Notes under the pieces: generated by a model | The model's input: the letters and a program-made list of their open reading frames with translations, nothing else | Databases searched by the model: none | What the model was told of the DNA's origin: nothing | Assembly: GCA_011109175.1 (NCBI GenBank) | Contig: RDEW01000009.1 | Coordinates: forward strand, 878,227 to 942,226 | Origin: Dicyema japonicum | Taxonomy: Eukaryota; Animalia; Dicyemida | Direction: 5' to 3' | DNA: 64,000 nt | Part shown: positions 1-12,242 of the stretch, piece after piece | Numbering within the stretch: position 1 is the stretch's first letter | Layout of the letters: each line of letters starts with the position of its first letter | Position numbers and translations under genes: made by a program

Positions 1-839
1 GTAAAGTAGTACATTTTCAATTTTGAAAACATTCATGTTAGATATTTTAAATAAGATCAGGCGTTAGACAAGATACAGGGAAGACGATATTCTTAATCAA
101 GAGTACGGTTTTCATATATTTCTATTCAAAGCTATTTGGCAGAATTTGAAGGCTCATAGATAGAAATTCTGAATTGATCTTGATTCATTACGAGTAATAG
201 CTAAAAAGGAGGAGATTGGAAGAGGATGTATAGTAGGATAGTGAACGTGGCACAATGAAACCTTAAATTATGATAATAATAGGAGAAACAAGTGAAGAAT
301 TATATAAAAGCACGACGGAGAGGATGTAAGATTACAATGTTACATAAATAATTGCGACTTAATTTGCAATTACAAAGGAAAATATTTTTTAACATTTCTT
401 ATTTCAATTTTCTTTATACGTCTCCCCAATCGGTTCGTATTTGAATTACTACGCTAGGTCCGATTTATCTGCTCTTCTACTTTGGACGGCGTTCTCATAT
501 GTTGTGATATCAATGCGAAACACCCTTTTATGATTATCAAACCTACCCTCCGATACAAAAGGGAGACTACTATAACAGATGGGGTTTTTTTACGATCATG
601 ATTGACCAATCAAAAAACACATGAACGTCCTAAAATGATACCGACTAACGAACTTGGCCGGATATTACTTTTTTTCCCTTTCCCTGACTCCAATGTCGCC
701 TTGGTCATTCAGTTATGATCCAGGAACTGATCACAACCCAATTTTGATGAAAATCAAAAAAAGCTTTTTCAGAGAAGGGTTTCTTGGCACTTGTTATTAA
801 AGTACCAACTTAAAACTACCATTTAATTACGACAACTGT

Positions 840-2029
840 TTGACAAACCTTTATCTTGATGGCTTTTTTTTCCTTAACAAAGTGTTTGGCTATATCAACA
901 TCAAAGAGCGGAGAAAGAAGGCTGCCGGAAGAGGCTGTGCAGACTGTTTCTTTCTACTGAATTCTGAAATCATAAAAGCAAGGGATTCTAAAAGACAAAT
1001 AAACTTATTATGTCTTGATATCTCGAAAGCATTTCAAAGTATCTTGTATCAGCATGTGTATGGAATGAAGCGTTGTCAAAGCATCTTGTATCAGCATGTG
1101 TTCCAAGATACCTATTTGTTTGGCTAAGAAATTATCTTCATGAAAGACAATCTTTTGTGAATGTGTGTGGAAATATATCCGATGCAATATCATTCAAGAG
1201 GGGAGTACCACAAGGTTCAGTATTGAGTCCTATTTTGTTTAATATATTCATGGTGAGTTTTCCACGTTCGAGGAATATTAATAGCCTTCTTATTTATGCG
1301 GATGACGTAATCGTGGTGAACATATTTCTAAAATCTTCTATATCTGAAGGACGAATCCGGGAGTATGTGGACCAGATTGAGCAATGGTGTAACTTGAGAG
1401 GGTTAAAGCTCTCTGCTGAAAGATCTTGCGCACTCAGAATATGCAATGTGAAAAAGCACCTGAAACAAGAATACACACTGGGAGTAAACAATGCACACAG
1501 TCTTCGCTACCTGAGAGTCGACTATGGACATGCAGGAGATTACATGAATGACATAAAGGGGAGGAGAAAGAGAGCCTTTCAGTCGCTCCTATGTACACGA
1601 AAGTTACACGTTAGCCGCGAAACCTACCTGTTCATCTTCAAGGGAGTTATTCTTCCTAGCCTACTTTATGGGTGCGAGGGGTGGTTCTTTTCTCAGAAAA
1701 GGGAGAAGATCTAATCCCTCCTAGATAAGACTAAAAGAGCTGCAATTAAGCTCTCCTTTAACAAGAAACTGAAAGACTGTCTAAGCGAGGACGAAAACAA
1801 GCTCTTAGAACCGATTAGCAGGATTGTGGAGGATCGGATCAATGGTTTCAGGAGGAGATCAAAGATCCAGGACACGTATATAAAGCTGGAAGAAACGTAC
1901 TGAAAAAAAATTAATAAAAAAAGGAAAAAGGGTCCAGGTGTGAAGTCCAAGCCCAATGGTAGGACTCACATGTAACACCCTCCAGAAAACTCTTTAACTC
2001 TTTTGTTAATAAATTGTTGTTATTGTTGT
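840..2029 (+). mobile_element. 3' part of a jockey/I-group-like LINE (RT and thumb, 3' UTR with AATAAA and a (TTG)n tail)
   Basis: LDISKAF, RGVPQGSVLSPILFNIF, IYADD and ILPSLLYGCEGW motifs in ORFs 840-1127 and 1073-1714; ends AATAAATTGTTGTTATTGTTGT at 2008-2029. Confidence 0.85.
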
Positions 2030-2039
2030 CGAAAATGAT

Positions 2040-3005
2040 ATAGGGAGTGATCACTTACCTCAAACTTTGGAGCTGCGAACTGGATCCGTTTTTGAAGATG
2101 AAATATTTCTTGGATATAATATCAACAGAATTGATTGGGCTCATTTTAATTCTTATATTTCTATGAAGTTGGATAATATTTGAAAATTGAAAATTTTAAA
2201 TCATGTGGATATCAATAGTTTAGATGTAAAATTAAGAAATGTTATATTAAACTATCTTGATGATTATGGAAGGAGAAGATTTCTATCTCCGCATAGAAAT
2301 AAATTAATAAATGGGGAGCAATGTCGTTTGATTCGTGAAATAAAAAATTTGGAAGGAAAATTGAGACGACGTTGGGATCCACAAGATTCTTACCGTCTTA
2401 AAGAGAGGATCAAGTCTATAAAAGAAGTATCAAAAAGTAGTGAAGAAGATAGATGGAGGAGAGAATGTTCCAAACTCTATCGTAATAATCCTAAATTCTT
2501 GAAACTTTTTTCGAAAATGAATTCTTTGGATAGGAAAGGTGAAAAGATAAATTTCTAGTCTCGTGACGGCTCTCGGATCCCGAAAGAAAAAGTTCCCGAT
2601 GTCTTAAGACAACAGCTCCCAGAGGTACAAGAATTGGATCCTCTGTTAATTATTCCTTGAGACATACAAACTAGTTTTCTTGAAGAGGAGCCATCCTCAC
2701 TTGTGGAGTGGTCTTTGTGTGGAACGATTTCTATGGAAAAGATAATTCCTGCTATTAATACATGCAAAAATAAAGCTCCGAGATGGGATTTTATCCCCTT
2801 GACTATCTTCAAAAATGCTGGAATGCCATTATTGAAATCATTATGGACTTTATTTAATTCTTCGTGGTGTTCTGGACATGTTCCTTCAACGTGGAAGAAG
2901 TCTTTTGTACGGATGATCCCGAAGAAGGGAAAATCTAGTTTAAATCCAGGAAAACTATAGACCAATAAGCCTGATATGCAGTATCTCAAAAATCATGGAA
3001 AAATT
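2040..3005 (+). mobile_element. LINE ORF2 fragment (end of APE, linker, start of RT), degenerate
   Basis: DHLP at about 2049; NKAPRWDFIP...WKKSFVRMIPKKGKSSLNPG followed by YRPISLICSISKIMEK in another frame. Confidence 0.8.
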
Positions 3006-3019
3006 TAAACGAAACGAAG

Positions 3020-4470
3020 ATGAAGTCAAATGAGAATACGGTACTCCCGGGTTTCGAATCGATATCTTTATACTGGAACGAAGGGACTATACCAGGGACA
3101 TCAATTTTTTATCGGTTTCATCTAAAGACAAGGAATCCAAGAATTATTACATCAGTTTGTTGTGAGTTTGTCTCCATTAATGTTTGTTGTGTCGACGGTT
3201 GGCTCGCAATTGGCGGTATGTATTCTAAATCCTTGAGAGAATGTACCGGAGATATCTCTGAGTTCTTCAGTGAAAACCCGATGGCTATACTGAAAGGTGA
3301 TCTCGACTCCAAGAGCACATCCTTTGGCTGCAAGAAGAGTAACAGGGATGGCAAGCTCCTGATGAAGCTATCTAAAAGCCTAGGAGTAAAAGTCTTTACA
3401 TCGAAAGAAGATAACCATTTCTCTCCCTACGGAGGTGACATGCTTGGTGTCTTCTTGATTTCCCCTGCTATTTCAGAATACGCCGACGTACCAATTACTC
3501 TTTCGGATATTGGCAGTGACCACATTCCATTGCTAATATCCGTGGATATGAAAATGAGGCGGGTGGCATAGTGGTTAGGTGTCGGGCTAAAGTAACTTAG
3601 GTCACGGGTTCGATTCTCGCTGCTGTTCACCTGGTGGAAGGTTACACGCATCTACGATGCGGAAAGGGCTTGACGAGTGACGCCTTCATCAGTGGAGATT
3701 CACTGCGGAACTGGATAGTCAAAAGGACATACACACAAAAAAAATAAAAAAACAAAGAAGTGAAGAGCATTCCTTGGTTCTCCGTCTACGATTAGTTATA
3801 ATAACTGTTCTTTACATAAATAAAGTGTGTGTTCTGCACGAGCGAAACCCTAGGCATCTTACGTGCTTATGGCAACGCGGTAGTTCTTAATTAATTATGA
3901 AAATGATTAATGAACCTGAGTCTTTGTCGGTTACGAAGCCAAGAGTCTAAACTGGAATCACTATAGGATGTTCATTGCAAAGGAATTGATGTTAGGGCAT
4001 ACTGAGCCCAAGATTCGTCTGGAAATTGATAAAACAAGTAAACGAGTAACGGATCTGATATTATACTATCTGGATAATTTTGCTAGAAACATATACTCAA
4101 GAAACAATAATGTTGTTCCTATTCCATGGCACATCAAGAGGATTGTGTTGAAAAGAAATAATCTAAGGACTAAACTGAGGAGATGCGTAGACCACAGGAC
4201 CGCTTAGCTTTGTCTCACAAAATCGGCGAACTACAAAAGCAGTTGTCGGAACAATTCAAAAGTTGGAATGAGAATAAGTGGAACTTTCAACTACGGAAGC
4301 TAAACAAACACAATCCCTCTTTCTGGAAATATACCGAAGAGTAGGAACCCAGAGTCAACCGCAAACAAGATTGTGCTCAAAAAACCAGATGGCACCAATT
4401 ACTATGCTGAAGAAGAAATACCTTTAGTTTTTGAGACACAACTCAAAAAAATAATTGAAGCTGTAGCATT
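3020..4470 (+). mobile_element. LINE ORF2 5' fragment (APE endonuclease plus linker) interrupted by a SINE
   Basis: ORF 3020-3571 has GDLDSKSTSFG and SDHIPLLI APE motifs; linker resumes after 3906 (NWNHYR, PIPWHIKRIVLKRN). Confidence 0.8.
3558..3895 (+). mobile_element. Full-length tRNA-derived SINE (338 bp) with an 11-bp target-site duplication
   Basis: A box TGGCATAGTGG and B box GGTTCGATTC; TATGAAAATGA at 3547-3557 and 3896-3906; homologous copies at 39291, 10398 and 48355. Confidence 0.9.
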
Positions 4471-4479
4471 TGTAAGAGT

Positions 4480-4892
4480 AAAAGTGATAATCATGGACCC
4501 AGACTTGGAAGCCATAATTCATCGTCGTCCTTATGAATTGTTTGTAAAAGCGTTAGACATTCCTCTTGTTGGTAATTTGAGTGCTACAACCACTCAAAGA
4601 ACTTTTTTCATTTGACTATTATTGTTATTATCTAAAAATCCCAATACCACCAAGAAAGAAAGGTTAAACCGACTAATTAGTTGATACCAGCCTCCAAATA
4701 GCTTCCGAACTCTCCTTTAGTGCTTTCTTTTGTGTCTGAAGAGGAATTATACCGGGGTGTATGACTTTAGTAATTTATTTAAACGGCGAATCACTGACAA
4801 ATTAAAGGGAAATCCGTGGCCGTCAGGTGATCCCTTAAGCAGCCGTCTCATCTTTGCTCGGTGTTCGTCCTGAGAATTGACGCACTTCCAGT
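4480..4892 (-). mobile_element. Degraded LINE RT/thumb relic including a GC-rich dispersed repeat
   Basis: Minus strand YKQFIRTTMNYGFQVW resembles the YKTxIRPxLEY..W thumb motif; 4818-4892 is homologous to 48600-48690, 53425-53525 and 60165-60265. Confidence 0.5.
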
Positions 4893-5048
4893 ATGATCTA
4901 AAAGTACTAGTAGTGAAAAAAAACAGCTTAATTTAAAGTAATAATAACAAAATAAATTTTAATATTAATTAAAAAAATTAATTAATTTGAAATTATTGTG
5001 TTATTGTTTTCAGGTGATGCTAGTTCCTAAAAGTAGATACAGAAAACT

Positions 5049-6502
5049 ATGCCCCTCATAATAAGATCAGACGTTGATAGTATTTTAAAAATTGATGAAA
5101 ACGAGAAGACTACTTCACATAAATCTGCTAAGAAAATAGAAAAAATAAAACTACGTCCAGTAGGACGTCCTCCCAAATCCAAAAATATCAAAAACATATC
5201 AAAGAGGTATTTTCTAGTTAAGTATAAAAATTTATCATTATTTAAATTAAATTTTATTATTAAAGTAATGAAATCCTTCCAATATTGGAAACATCAAAAG
5301 GATATAAACAGGATATAATACGTAAATCGAATGTCAAAGCACGTCGATGGCATTTGGTTCCTTTCAAAACTCCTGGAAGAAGCGATAACACGAAATTTTA
5401 TCATTGGGAAAGAATTGAAAGTGTTTATAACAGTCCATTCTCAAAAGCTTATGAAAATGAATTGGAAATTCCAAGATATACAGATGAAGAATATTATGAG
5501 TTTCTAAGTGATCCGGATTGGAATAAATCAGAAACTGATTATTTGATGGAATGCCTCGAAGATTATAATCTTAGATTTATAATTGTTGCTGATCGATGGG
5601 ACACGGAAAAATTTTCTCCCCGTTCTGTAGAAGAAATTAAAGGGCGCTATTACGATATAAAAAATACATTTTTTAAATCACGAAATAATACTGGGGAGTC
5701 TAGCCCTTATGTTTATGATTGTGAGCATGAGAAAAGGAGGAGACATCAATTGAATTTACTTTTATCAAGAACACTAGATGACGAAGCAGAAGAAGAATTT
5801 TTAATACAAGAGCTAAAGAAAATTGAAAGTCGTAGGAGAGGGCATGAACGTAAAACACAAGATCTTCATAGTATGATAAAAGTTGCTGATATTGGAGTCG
5901 ATATTAGAAAAACTGATAAAAAGGTGACTAAAAAGAGGCCTGTAATTCGTCCTCGCAATCTTTCCTCGGTTAATTTTCGTGTATTCATTTTAGGTTCTTT
6001 GCGATAATAATCTTATACGTTTTACTGAAGTGAAGCCGCCTGCAATTTATGTGAGTAGTCAAAAAGTCTCGTTTATTTATGACTTAGTAGATCAAATTGC
6101 CTAATATGATGGGAAATAAAATGGTTAAATTAATTGAGGAAACCCTTGCAGATTTAAAAGTCGGTTATTGTTTTTATTTTATGAGTAACAGATGCCATGT
6201 TAATATCTTCTGAGGATAGGTCTACTTTATTTAATGAATTGCGTCAAAATATTGTTTTAATGCACGAACTTAAGGTCACACTTTCTGGCTGTGAGCTTGA
6301 ACTTACATCACTTAGACATCAATATGAAACATCTGTTGCTGGAAAGGTATTTTTTGTTTTTAAATAGAATACCTCAGTAATTATGAATGATAGTCTCAAT
6401 GAATGGATTAACATTCCACAGTCTGAGAATAACACAAGTTCATCACTAAAAGATTCGCAAAAAGTATTATTCCAAAGCTATTTTCTAGAGAGAAATACAT
6501 AA
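5049..6502 (+). CDS. DMAP1: DNA methyltransferase 1-associated protein 1 (NuA4/SWR1 subunit, SANT domain), 6 exons
   Basis: PFKTPGRSD..FYHW, WNKSETDYL, LRFIIVADRW, RSVEEIKGRYY, HEKRRRHQL and LFNELRQNIVLMHELK match DMAP1/Swc4; introns 5207-5265, 5969-5993, 6066-6090, 6164-6191 and 6347-6367 restore one open frame. Confidence 0.95.
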
Positions 6503-6617
6503 TGCGGATAAAGTTGAAGATAAACGTAAGGGGAGTAATTTTTGATTTTTAAATAATAAATGATTGAATTCAATAACGTATTGTACAATTTCACAATTAT
6601 AAAGATAAAATTGTAAT

Positions 6618-8402
6618 TTATTTCGTGTATGCTTTGTCGCGTAAATTGTGATTTCGGTTCTTTCGATAGCTACGTCCCCCTGGTAGACTAAAGACAGTAA
6701 GATAAAAACATACTTAACAAATTCGACTTTGTCCAGATTAGTATTTAACATCCAAGATGTATTCAAAGCTTGTTGAATAGTAATTCTACGTGAAGGATCC
6801 AAAATAAGCATTGATTCTAACAAATTGAGAGCTTTAGAATGAACACTTAGTTATAAATTAAATATTACTATGAAAATTCTTCTTTTATCTTATTTTTCTC
6901 ATAAAAACGAGGACATATTGTGGAATAGAATGGAAGATTAATAACTGAAGGCCATATTTCTGGAGAAATAGTTCCACATAATTTGGTTATTGCATCCAAT
7001 TGTTCCAATTCATTATGTGCTTTAAAAAGTTGACGTTTTTTAAAAAGTTCTCCAAGAATGCAACTGTTATAAAAAATGAACGTAACCCAGAACTCCAAAT
7101 ATCTATGGCAGTCCCATATCGTTCTTCTCCGAGTAAAAGTTCAGGAGGCCGATATCCAAGAGTAATCACTTTATTTGTATATGGGCGAGTTTTATCTTCT
7201 GAATTGTACAATCTAGCAAGTCCGAAATCGGCAAGCTTTAATCGGCCTCTGAAATTCAAATATTTGAATATTACTTTGAGTTGATTAAAATATTTGAGCC
7301 TTTAATATCCCTGTGAAGATAATTATTGAGATGACAAAAAAATATTGCTTTTAAAAGTTGTTTCATAATACTCGCAATCTCATCGCAATTAAAATGACAA
7401 TAATGATCCTTGATTAGAAAACTTAGATCATGATCAAGATATTCAAAAACCAAGTAAAAAACATCTAAAATATGACAAAATAGTATGAACCTTTTTTTAA
7501 ATTAAAAAGTTCATCTTTATTGAAAACAACATCAAATAAACTGACAATATTTTCATTTTCTAAAGTGCGAAGTATTTTGACTTCACGAACGGCAGTGATA
7601 GGAAACCCTTCATGGTCAAGATTTAAATTGACACGTTTTAATGCAAAATATTTTCCTATAAACACGTTTTAAAATGTTTAAATACCGGTTTTATTATGTT
7701 TAGCTTTAAAGACATGACCATATGTTCCAATTCCGATTTTTTCTACTATCTTATAATCCGTTATTAGGTTTTCACTACAGGACTGGTGGACACTTCCTAA
7801 TCTTTTTTGACGCTTTCTATCTTTTATTGATTGAAGGTTATCATCTAAAAATTTTAAGTAAAAGTTAATCAAAATAAATAAATCCAATTTTTTAGATATC
7901 TGACTGGATTACCTTTATCAGATGATGAACTTATATCTAAAATTAATAACACTAAAAATACCATCAAGATTATATGATAAATTACATAAACTTAAATTTG
8001 GTTTAACTGTAAATTTTTCATTTTTATCTGAAATAAAGTAAATAAATCACTTTGTAGAAATTGAATTGACTGTATTTCATCTGGAGGTGGAGGTGGAAAA
8101 GCTTGATTATCATCAGGAGGTGGGGGGAATACTGTTATTAAATAAAAAATAACTATATATCAGTAGATGTAGATGACTCTTGAATTTCATCACAATTGTT
8201 TTTTTCCTCTTTTAAATTAGTATTATTTTTATTCAAATTATTTTTTGATATCTGTAATTTTATTTCTTCAAATAAAGATGTCGGTTTAATACGAGGCTTT
8301 TTATCAAAAATAGGCGATTTGTTAGAACCAGTTGATGAATATTTACGTTTCCTTAATTTAAAAGCCAATAACCAACATAGGTAAATTATTGTCAAATCCC
8401 AT
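6618..8402 (-). CDS. CDK12: Cyclin-dependent kinase 12/13 (PITAVRE-type), multi-exon
   Basis: [71 protein letters not shown] and a Pro-rich N-terminus; introns of 23-30 nt (e.g. 7656-7685) join the kinase exons in frame; the start codon at 8402 is inferred. Confidence 0.93.
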
Positions 8403-8584
8403 TAGTACAACATCAACAACGCATCTAAAATTGATTTAAAAATAATAATAATTAATAAAAATAATAAAAGTTAATTTTAGAAATAATTAAATAGTGCAGA
8501 AATTGTGAGTGGATTTTTTCATGGTAAAACAGAGGTCAAATACTCATAAACCTTTAGTTCATTTTATTTATATAAATAAAACTC

Positions 8585-10175
8585 AAGAGTAGGATCCTTT
8601 AGGGGGATAACATGTCTCTACTGCTCTTTGTTCTCTGTTTGGAGCCATTGAATCACCGCCTCGGTTTGTGCAAGTACAATGTGAGCGTGTTTGTTTCAGT
8701 ACAAATCACCTTTTTATCGATGACCTGAAGATGTATGCTCGAAAAGCTGAGGTGCTATACTCCATAGGGGTCTTTGCCAGGGAGTTCTTTGAGGGTAAAG
8801 GGCTAGATTTAAATTATTCAAAGTCTGTTAATAACGCGCAAATTTGTAGCGATCTGGATGTTACTGAATCTCCAAAGAACCTATCATGCCTGAGAAAAAC
8901 CGACAAATTACTGAAGGCATTCATAAAGAGCAGCGTTGTTATGTAAGTGTCTCTAATGCAAGGAATTTGTTCTTAGCATTAAATGAATATGCTATCTTGC
9001 TGCTAAACTACATATTTGTTGTGGAGTTTGAGCACAAAGACTATGATGAGATTGATGTTATGATCCCTGGAGTACTCAGAGAAAACCACGTCCATCTGCT
9101 GCCAGCCAATAAAAGAGGCTATATTAACTCCTTAAGAAATTCGGCCGTGGACTGTGTGGAGTTGTTCTGCGAATGCATCGCACCCTGATAGTTTGGTCAA
9201 GTGTGTCTCCTGGGAAGCACGTCATAATAAAGTACGAGAAAACATTGGCAACTCACCTAGGCATTATCAGAACTTTTTTGTCTGCTAAGTATGATGTTTA
9301 TGATGGTTGGTTAGTAAATGTGAAGGCGTTGATCGTATACAAAAGAATAATTTAATTGAAAGGATCAACTGAAAAAGCCTTTACAAGGTCCTCTTCAGAG
9401 CATTGGACAACCCACATGTCGACCTAAGTCGACGACAACATGGCTAAAAGATGGTGATAACTCACCTCGATCGGAGGCGTGTGACAAAAGAGTGACAAAA
9501 GAGTATTAATACCCTCCAGAAATCTCCTTAACTCTTTTGTCAATAAATCGTTGTTGTTGTTGTTGATCGGAGGCGTGTTACACGCATATGCAAGACCGCA
9601 ATATTTATTGGTCTCGATTAACAAATACATGTCCCAATTTTATGTCAAGGAACAAGTCGGTTGATCATTTAGCAACTCGGTGCAGATCCATGCTCTGCCA
9701 CGACTATATGTGGAGACATAATGCGGTAGTGAGGAGTCTTCATCTTCTAATATGCAATAAGTATGGTATTCGCCACACCAGAAAGTTGTGGAATCATTAG
9801 TTGCAATGTTTAGTAGGGAATACCAGGGTCCAGATCAAGATAGACAATGTTATCAGAACCTCGGTGCTAGTCAATCACAATAAACTGGACATTGTGTTAC
9901 ACGATAACGAGTCTGGCCAAATCCTTATAATAGAAGTTGGCATTACGCCCAAGACCGTTTGCAGGTGGAGAAAAAAGGGAAGTATGACTTGCTTGCAAAC
10001 GATGAGGCAGATTCTTGGTTGTAAGGTCCTTGTTATTCCAATAGTAAGAAGTGAGAAAAGAATTGCAACAAAGTACTACAGGTGTTATCTAAAACAGTTA
10101 GAGGTATATAAAATTGGCTAAGGGACAACACGCCTACAGGCAGTTGTCCTTGAATTCGCCTATAAAAATAGAGAC
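8585..10175 (+). mobile_element. 3' half of an R4/Dong-like non-LTR retrotransposon (RT end, zinc knuckle, REL endonuclease), degenerate
   Basis: GDNMSLLLFVLCLEPL, TNHLFIDDLK, VDHLATRC...RHNAVV and KLDIVLHD...IIEVGIT. Confidence 0.88.
9483..9564 (+). mobile_element. 82-bp extreme 5'-truncated LINE insertion with a 14-bp TSD
   Basis: GATCGGAGGCGTGT at 9469-9482 and 9565-9578; the insert matches the LINE 3' end at 1977-2029; removing it restores the R4 frame SPRSEACYTHMQDRNIYW. Confidence 0.9.
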
Positions 10176-10397
10176 AACTCGCCAACTGGGAAAAATAGGG
10201 GTAAACGTTAAATGTTAAGATAATTTTTAAATATTTTCATTTTATATATACTCATTTTGGTACATATTTTATAAATGTGTACGTTAAATAAGATATTGTA
10301 CCAGTTTTTCATATGATAACAAGTATTCAAATAACAACTTTTTAGAAATAAATAGCGTTTTCAGAAAATCGATTAAATATAAATTACTCAGTAATGA

Positions 10398-10644
10398 TAA
10401 TAATAATACTGCACCTTACGAAGAGCCATGTTAGCTATAGCTCCTCCCAGGTATGACACATACATTATTTTAAGTAATGAACAGTTATCATAACTAATTG
10501 ATGAGTAGAATCAAGGAATTCTCTTCACTTTTTTTTCTTTTTGTTAGGTGCGAGTCTTTTTGTAGACGATCCGATTCCGCAGTGAACTGTTCACTGATGA
10601 CTGCGTCACTCGTCAAGCCAAAGCATTGTAGATGCGTGAACCTT
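10398..10644 (-). mobile_element. 5'-truncated copy of the tRNA-derived SINE family
   Basis: Reverse complement aligns with the SINE body at 3638-3830 (GGCTTGACGAGTGACGC..TCATCAGTG); ends in a (TAT)n tail. Confidence 0.85.
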
Positions 10645-10749
10645 ATTAAATTTTGGATAATTATGGGGTTTCCCGATTATCAGTATCACTAAATTTTTAA
10701 GGGTAAAAATAAAAAAAAACAAAAAATAATTAATATCCTTTTTAATAAA

Positions 10750-10960
10750 ACTCAATAAATTTTTCTCATTTTCAACACCTCTGGAAACATAGTTTTTCTA
10801 TGTGCTGAATACATTCTCAATTGGATTGAGAAATGGTGAGTAAAGGGGTAAAAATATTAAACACGGAAGTTTGCTATTTCAATCAATTCTTTAGTGCCCA
10901 TGTAATTATGAATACGGGCATTATCAATAATAAAAATCGTGTCTTCAATTCCCTCTTCTT
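10750..10960 (-). mobile_element. Tc1/IS630-like DDE transposase relic
   Basis: Minus strand FIIDNARIH ... FLPLYSPFLNPIENVFS, with a frameshift. Confidence 0.8.
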
Positions 10961-11499
10961 TTAAGCATACCATATTTAGTAATTGATGCAATGGGTGACA
11001 TATTTCTGATCATGATGGCCATTACAGGAATGTAGGTAGAAGATCCTGAATCAGCTCTTCCACGTTTTGGTGGAAGATTCCTGAAGATCCGACCTCATTG
11101 TGATTTATAAGATGTTCTTTTATACAAAAATATATTTACCCTTATCCAACGTTAATGAGAAAGTGACGCTATTTGTCTGGAAACCCTATAAATTAACATT
11201 TATCCAAGAAATTGTAGAAGACGCGTACAAAAAGTCAGTATTCAAGTAACGAATGTAAGCAAATAAAAACGAAAGGAATCATACAAAATTGGAAAAGTGC
11301 TTGATATATTTCACTGAGACAACAAAACGTGTCAATTTGTTAATTTAAAATTTTAATTTAAAAATAGTCTTGTATTGAAGAAAGGAAATCATGACTCGTT
11401 TTTAAGCAAGAGTTATTATTGACATGATACTAAAGAGATAAAGCCATCAGTGTTCGTGAATCGAAGACTGATAATCTTATCGTGAATTCTCCCTTTATT

Positions 11500-11990
11500 A
11501 TTATTAAAATACATGACGAACAAACTTCTTTAGTAAAGCTAGGAGGTGGACATCACCATAATGAATGAAACAAATTTTAAGAAGGAGTAACTATCAATCC
11601 TAGGTTCGATATCTTTAATACAATAAGAGGGAGAAGTAGCAAGAGCATATATCTTTAATCACCAAGAAAACCAAGAATCATTGCATCGGCTCTGTGATTT
11701 TGTTGCAAATTATGCCTCCTGTGTGGGAGGTTTGACAGCTATAGGCACCTTCCATTACAAATCCCTCTTAAAAAATGTGCTAGTAGAATTGCAGAGTTCT
11801 TCACTCCTAATTCGGCCTCATGGGTAACGATCAAACTCAAGAAGCACTTCCTTTGAATGTAAAAACACAAACCAAGATGGTCGAAGATTAAAAACTTTGT
11901 CGGATTATTTTTGATTCGAGGTTCTGTAATCATTGCTCAACTTATGGTGGGGGGTAAACTGGGAATTTTCCTAGTTTTCTCCAGAAGAAG
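11500..11990 (+). mobile_element. LINE APE endonuclease relic
   Basis: LCDFVANYASCVGGLTAIGTFHYKSL aligns with CEFVSINVCCVDGWLAIGGMYSKSL of ORF 3020; multiple stops. Confidence 0.55.
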
Positions 11991-12242
11991 ATACTGGCGA
12001 TGAGGCAAAGTACGACTCGTGAAATTAGAAAAACTAATTGAATATTTCTCATTTTCTCGCTAATATTTAAAAAATATAACTAAATAGTTAAAAACCAAAA
12101 GCGCTAAATTATCCATTCTATAAATCCAGTCATTTAACAGTAAAATAAATTTAATGCGGAACAGAGCTTACCAAACACTAAAATATATCTGAAAAAATCA
12201 AACAAATTATATAAAGCCAAAATTATCCCGAATTATAATGAA

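Noticed and set aside
420-700. REL endonuclease relic on the minus strand
   Set aside because: Too degraded to assign; only vague similarity.
3558-3630. Functional tRNA gene
   Set aside because: No proper acceptor or anticodon stems; it is the head of a TSD-flanked SINE.
4818-4892. snRNA-like appearance of the GC-rich repeat
   Set aside because: No U1, U2, U4, U5 or U6 hallmark sequence; variation among copies fits a reading frame on the other strand.
6485-6502. Apparent CDS overlap between the CDK ORF (6485-6823) and DMAP1
   Set aside because: A 26-nt GT-AG intron after VEFV shifts the CDK frame to a stop at 6618, so the overlap exists only in the unspliced ORF.
10585-10625. CTGATGA in the SINE antisense strand as a hammerhead ribozyme core
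   Set aside because: No GAAA follows a plausible stem II, so the core is incomplete.
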